DNA of 32,000 nt from Sulfolobus acidocaldarius DSM 639 (GTDB taxonomy: Archaea > Thermoproteota > Thermoprotei_A > Sulfolobales > Sulfolobaceae), in NCBI RefSeq assembly GCF_000012285.1, contig NC_007181.1:360001-392000 (forward strand), in the 5' to 3' direction. Made by a program: the position numbers and the translations under genes. The notes under the pieces were generated by a model, which was not told the DNA's origin, ran no database searches, and worked only from the letters and a program-made list of their open reading frames with translations. Below are positions 27,786-32,000 of the stretch, piece after piece (the first letter of the stretch is position 1; every line of letters starts with the position of its first letter).

Positions 27786-27786
27786 C

Positions 27787-29016
27787 TTAAACCTTTCTAC
27801 TTACTTCGTATTTAACGATATCTAACAATTCTCTAGCTATAATTGTCTTATAGTTCTTTTCTAGCTTCCTAACGAAAGAATTTCCTATAACTATTACCTC
27901 ATTATATTCTGAGGAAAAGCCTATGTCCTTTCTCTTCACGTTATTTGCAACTATTATATCAAATTTATGCCTTTCTTTTTTCATCTTTGCCTTCTCGATC
28001 AGCTCCTCATCACTATTTACGGTTTCAGCAGAAAATCCCACTAGTAGTGGGCGATAGATTGACAATTTTGAGGAAATTTTAGGAGTCGTCTCTAATTCAA
28101 CTTTAGGAACTTCTGAATGGCTATCTATTTTACTTGAAGCAGTATTCTTGGGCTTAAAATCAGCTGGTGCACCGGCTAATATAACTATACCATATTTCTC
28201 ATCTCTAACCAATTTTTCTACATTTTCAGCCATCTCTTGCGTAGTATCAACCCTGATTCTTTTAGTGTATGGCTTAACGCTTGAGGATAATGGACCGTGA
28301 ACTAAGATAACGTCTGCGCCCCTAAAATAGGCTTCATTAGCTATCGACACACCCATAGTACCACTACTTGAATTTGAAATAAACCTGACCGGGTCAATGT
28401 ATTCTCTAGTTGGACCGGCAGTCACCACTATTTTATATCCTTTAAGATCTTTTCCCCTGAGAAGAAAAGATGTGATATAACTAGAGAGATATTCAATATC
28501 TGGGTAATGAGCCACATCCCTGGTAATCTCTGGGCTAATTATTTCAATGCCCTGTTTGACAAGTTTTTCTATATTCTCTTTAAACTGAGGAGCCTCATAC
28601 ATTGTCAGGTGCATTGCAGGTACCAAAATAACAGGTTTCTTAATTCCAACAAAGTTCAGTGCAGTCAATGTTATAGAAGTGTCCGCTATTCCGTTGGCTA
28701 ATTTAGAAATTGTATTAGCTGTAGATGGTGCTATAACTAGTGCATCGTATTCTTCAGCAAGTTCAACATGTTCTATTTCTCCTCCTACACTTACTACAGG
28801 CTCTTCCCCTGTAGCCCAATGGAACATCATGGGATTAATCAATCTAATTGAATCCTTACTCATTATGACTCTAACATTTGCTCCCCTTCTCATCAATGCT
28901 CTGACTAAATCGAGACTTTTGTAAATGGATACACTAGCTGTTACACCAACCAATATCTTTTTATTTAGTAATTCTCTAGAAACCTCTCCTATAATTTTTT
29001 TCGATGGGTGTACCAT
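27787..29016 (-). CDS. coaBC: Bifunctional phosphopantothenoylcysteine decarboxylase / phosphopantothenate--cysteine ligase
   Basis: N-terminal flavoprotein domain (ILVGVTASVSIYKS, PAMHLTM) and a C-terminal DFP/CoaB domain (VTAGPTREYIDPVRFISNSSSG). 409 aa. Confidence 0.85.
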   Translation of the reverse strand: MVHPSKKIIGEVSRELLNKKILVGVTASVSIYKSLDLVRALMRRGANVRVIMSKDSIRLINPMMFHWATGEEPVVSVGGEIEHVELAEEYDALVIAPSTANTISKLANGIADTSITLTALNFVGIKKPVILVPAMHLTMYEAPQFKENIEKLVKQGIEIISPEITRDVAHYPDIEYLSSYITSFLLRGKDLKGYKIVVTAGPTREYIDPVRFISNSSSGTMGVSIANEAYFRGADVILVHGPLSSSVKPYTKRIRVDTTQEMAENVEKLVRDEKYGIVILAGAPADFKPKNTASSKIDSHSEVPKVELETTPKISSKLSIYRPLLVGFSAETVNSDEELIEKAKMKKERHKFDIIVANNVKRKDIGFSSEYNEVIVIGNSFVRKLEKNYKTIIARELLDIVKYEVSRKV

Positions 29017-29059
29017 ATGACCAAATATAAATTTAAGTGATCACTAAAAACCTTATATT

Positions 29060-29566
29060 ATGGAAATAACCGAGGATAGTAAGAGGAAAATCAATTATCA
29101 AATCAGGCTTGCGACATTATCAGACATAGACCAAATAATTAGGATAAATAGATCTGCACTACCCGAAAATTATCCATATTATTTTTTTGTTGAACATTTA
29201 AAGGAATATGGACAGGCATTTTATGTAGCTGACCTAGAAGGTGAAGTTGTTGGTTATGTCATGCCGAGAATAGAATGGGGATTTAGTAATCTTAAACACA
29301 TTCCGTCTCTAGTTAGAAAAGGTCATATAGTGTCTATTGCTGTTCTTGAACCCTTCAGAAAGATAGGTGTCGGCACATCACTTTTACAAAACTCTCTCAA
29401 AGCCATGAAAGATACATATAATGCTGAGGAAGTATATCTAGAAGTAAGAGTTACAAACTATCCTGCAATATCACTGTACAAGAAATTCAATTTCAGAGAA
29501 GTTAAACTCCTTAAACACTATTATGCAGACGGAGAAGATGCATACTTAATGGCTGCTCCTCTTTAA
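29060..29566 (+). CDS. ard1: N-terminal protein acetyltransferase (Ard1/RimI-type GNAT)
   Basis: GNAT acetyl-CoA motif RKIGVGTSLL and an N-terminal LPENYPYYFF segment resembling the characterised Sulfolobus Ard1. 168 aa. Confidence 0.7.
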   Translation: MEITEDSKRKINYQIRLATLSDIDQIIRINRSALPENYPYYFFVEHLKEYGQAFYVADLEGEVVGYVMPRIEWGFSNLKHIPSLVRKGHIVSIAVLEPFRKIGVGTSLLQNSLKAMKDTYNAEEVYLEVRVTNYPAISLYKKFNFREVKLLKHYYADGEDAYLMAAPL

Positions 29567-30019
29567 AATAATCTCGTTCATATTAGAATCGTAAATAACA
29601 TAGTACCCTTTTTCTCCGCTTCCAATAGATACTATTTTAGTTAAACCTAGATTGTATATCTTCTGAACTTCAGAATGACCATGAAATACAATCTTTGGGC
29701 TATTTGTGAGTATTTGGTTTCTAACTATCAACGATCCATACTCTAATCTAGGAGGAAAATGTGTAATAGTTATATTCGAAAAGTTAGTACTAAAAGTAAG
29801 GAAAGAAGACTCTATTAATTTACCTGTATTTTTCAAATACTTCATTGTAGTTATGTTGTCCATCTCCCCTAAAATACCATAAAAATCTCTTAAAAATTGT
29901 GGACACTCCACGTCACCTAAACCAACAACATAGTCCACATTCAAACTGTTTATTTTCTCTATCAGGGAATTTTCACACGGAAGTCTGGTTATAAGTGCCA
30001 TTATCGCCATAAAGAACAC
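29546..30019 (-). CDS. Small calcineurin-like metallophosphoesterase (YfcE/MJ0936-like) with a degenerate N-terminal motif
   Basis: Motif II (GLGD), motif IV (ITHFPP) and motif V (FHGHSE) are recognisable. The N-terminal DxH motif is absent and motif III GN is GE (ILGEMDN). It overlaps the upstream gene by 47 nt. Confidence 0.55.
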   Translation of the reverse strand: MFFMAIMALITRLPCENSLIEKINSLNVDYVVGLGDVECPQFLRDFYGILGEMDNITTMKYLKNTGKLIESSFLTFSTNFSNITITHFPPRLEYGSLIVRNQILTNSPKIVFHGHSEVQKIYNLGLTKIVSIGSGEKGYYVIYDSNMNEIILKRSSH

Positions 30020-30845
30020 CCAGTTCGTGAATAGCTATACCTACTGCAACTATATCTGCCGTAGAGCCAGGATTATATCCCCTAGAGACCAAATATTCAT
30101 CTAAAATACTCACCAATTTTTCATTACTCAAACATTGGCAAGCCAGTTTTGATACTTCCATTGCTATTCTTCCACCGTTTCTCCTAAATATTAACCCATC
30201 TGGTAATTCACATAAAACCTTTAAAAATCCCAATAGAATCCCTCTATCATACCCCTCCTGCTCAACAAGTTTTGCAACCCATAGAGAATATTTGTAGCCA
30301 TCCAACATATTTCTAACTGCACTATCAAAGGCTGATATCTTGAGAATTTCAAATAGGGAAAGATTATCATCTTGCTCTCTATAATCATATGCCCTATCTA
30401 ATTTACCCAAATAGCTTGGTTGCAATGTTTCCAGAGTCATCTTAAAATACCTAGATTCAATACTATCCAATGACCTAATTAGCTGTGTTGCTCTAAAAAT
30501 AAGTTGACCAATGGAGTCAGCTGAAGAGGAAGAATATGCTAAGGGTAGAAGTTGCATAGCAGTACCTAATATGGAAAAATTAACTTGCAGTGTTTTACTA
30601 ATTTTAGCCATCATGTACAAAAGATCATACAATGGCTTTTCCTGTGAGCTACCCCTTATACAAGCGGTTTTATAATAATTTGTTGAAAGTAATGCAGACT
30701 GTACAAGGTCCGAGAACTTGACACCTTTAATATCTCTTGTTCTTGAAGCGTTTCCAGGTTTGTAATATGATGCTTCTAAGACAGTGGCGTTAGAAAGGAT
30801 AAATGCTACTTTCTCACAATATTCTCCTAACTCTCCCTCCAACAT
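29973..30845 (-). CDS. CitG/MdcB-like triphosphoribosyl-dephospho-CoA synthase family protein
   Basis: Family-like motifs YYKPGNASR (compare KPGLVD), NFSILGTAMQLLPLA and a C-terminal NPGSTADIVAV (compare GGSADLLA). 290 aa. Confidence 0.65.
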   Translation of the reverse strand: MLEGELGEYCEKVAFILSNATVLEASYYKPGNASRTRDIKGVKFSDLVQSALLSTNYYKTACIRGSSQEKPLYDLLYMMAKISKTLQVNFSILGTAMQLLPLAYSSSSADSIGQLIFRATQLIRSLDSIESRYFKMTLETLQPSYLGKLDRAYDYREQDDNLSLFEILKISAFDSAVRNMLDGYKYSLWVAKLVEQEGYDRGILLGFLKVLCELPDGLIFRRNGGRIAMEVSKLACQCLSNEKLVSILDEYLVSRGYNPGSTADIVAVGIAIHELGVLYGDNGTYNQTSV

Positions 30846-31728
30846 TTCTATCGCCCACTATTACTTGACTGGAATTTTCACATTTCACAAGTAAGCCATC
30901 AACTTCTATTTTTCTCGAGGAGTATAATAGATAAGAATATATGCCCTCATATGAAACTAAATTGTCTACTTTTTCATCGCCTTCCACATGATACAGACTC
31001 ACTTTAGAAGGGTAAAATAATGCTTTACAATCAGGTTCTATTTCAGCCTTAATTTTAACTCTTTTATGAGTAGGAATGCACACATCTTCACAATATCTTT
31101 GAGGTTTATCATCTACAAATAAAATAGAATATTTTACGTTATTGTAATATTTGCCCCTAATTTTTCTAGTATATAATTTTTTAACTAAGTCTAATTCTAA
31201 GCCGTAATTCTTACTGGTTTCATAGATCCATTCCTCATCGTCATTGAAACCTTCAAAACTCTCAATCACATTCAATGATTCTTTGCATCCATATATTACG
31301 ATATCTAGATCAGAGAGTTCATGATAGGTGTTTGTAAGTAAACTGCCAGAGACTCCTAACCTAGATGTATGAATGTACTGAATTATTTCGAGGAGTGTAA
31401 GCTCTTGCTTACTCTGTGAGGGATGCTTTATTATTTCCCTTATTTTCTCTTCAGGCTTGAGGTGATTAGAAATTGCTGATTTTCTTAGTACGGGAAAGCT
31501 AACACCATAACAGCACTCATGGATAAACTCCTGCTTTACTTTTAGGACGTTATGAATCCCATAATATTTTAAAGCTCTCTCATATCCTTTCCATAATCCC
31601 TTACCAGTAAAAACGTACTTTAATATCGCGTAAATATATCCAAAGGGATTAATATTACTGTACACGTAGTATATGTTGTTATCCCTGTCTAGTACTAGAT
31701 CCTTGTCAAGGAAATAATCTCTTCCCAT
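30814..31728 (-). CDS. Pol-beta superfamily nucleotidyltransferase with a C-terminal beta-rich (OB-like?) domain
   Basis: Catalytic signature GVSGSLLTNTYHELSDLDIVIYG (G-S ... D-x-D). The 304 aa length and layout resemble the archaeal 'predicted nucleotidyltransferase' family. It overlaps the CitG-like gene by 32 nt. Confidence 0.6.
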   Translation of the reverse strand: MGRDYFLDKDLVLDRDNNIYYVYSNINPFGYIYAILKYVFTGKGLWKGYERALKYYGIHNVLKVKQEFIHECCYGVSFPVLRKSAISNHLKPEEKIREIIKHPSQSKQELTLLEIIQYIHTSRLGVSGSLLTNTYHELSDLDIVIYGCKESLNVIESFEGFNDDEEWIYETSKNYGLELDLVKKLYTRKIRGKYYNNVKYSILFVDDKPQRYCEDVCIPTHKRVKIKAEIEPDCKALFYPSKVSLYHVEGDEKVDNLVSYEGIYSYLLYSSRKIEVDGLLVKCENSSQVIVGDRNVGGRVRRIL

Positions 31729-32000
31729 CCCTTTAGCCTCACATGTGATAATGGAGTACCTGCACTTTTAAGGAAATCTATATATTTCCTGTAGATTCCA
31801 CCATAGAGAGAATTTGCTATATAAGCTGAACCTATGGCTGATTCTTTGAAAGGGAAAGAAAATTTCTTACCAAAATCTACATCCCACTTTCTCCTGCCAG
31901 AAACTATTATTGGGAGATCATATTTAGATGAATACCATTCAGAAATTATCCTGATTATTTCTACTCCTCTTTCCCAGTTACCTCCTGAATAAATTGTCTC
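31695..32000 (-). CDS. C-terminal part of an unidentified protein (gene start lies beyond the window); not in the supplied ORF track
   Basis: I translated an open minus-strand frame from the window edge: ...ETIYSGGNWERGVEIIRIISEWYSSKYDLPIIVSGRRKWDVDFGKKFSFPFKESAIGSAYIANSLYGGIYRKYIDFLKSAGTPLSHVRLKGWEEIISLTRI, with a TAG stop at 31695-31697. It overlaps the nucleotidyltransferase start by 34 nt. Confidence 0.5.
   Translation of the reverse strand, partial: ETIYSGGNWERGVEIIRIISEWYSSKYDLPIIVSGRRKWDVDFGKKFSFPFKESAIGSAYIANSLYGGIYRKYIDFLKSAGTPLSHVRLKGWEEIISLTRI

Overview
AT-rich (about 35-37% GC by eye), densely packed, largely leaderless-looking gene array typical of a crenarchaeal Sulfolobales chromosome. 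Several proteins match my memory of Sulfolobus acidocaldarius: the Agl3 UDP-sulfoquinovose synthase cluster, the Lrs14-type regulator AbfR1, the ESCRT-III paralog CdvB1 and the zinc ferredoxin. I cannot run a search, so the organism call is inference. The window holds about 44 protein genes, one tRNA-His and two candidate C/D box sRNAs. I saw no CRISPR array, IS element, integrase or rRNA. Most genes are housekeeping: trpS, coaBC, pcm, tmcA, alaX, Mrp/NBP35, Fap7-like kinase, ggt, ferredoxin and the N-glycan sulfoquinovose cluster. Five loci deserve a second look. (1) 29546-32000: a four-gene overlapping minus-strand operon of an unknown protein, a pol-beta-type nucleotidyltransferase, a CitG-like triphosphoribosyl transferase and a degenerate metallophosphoesterase, with no lyase or ACP partner in the window. 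(2) 12078-15159: a miniature NurA-like nuclease plus a HerA-like ATPase, translationally coupled to protein-isoaspartate methyltransferase. (3) 16108-18289: an array of two orphan genes, an M50 site-2 protease, a rhomboid protease and a tiny 2-TM protein. (4) A C/D box sRNA embedded in the last codons of the RNA acetyltransferase gene tmcA. (5) An unusually long 880-nt noncoding gap carrying a second, self-promoted C/D box sRNA. All functional calls rest on motif recognition by eye and need HMM or BLAST confirmation.
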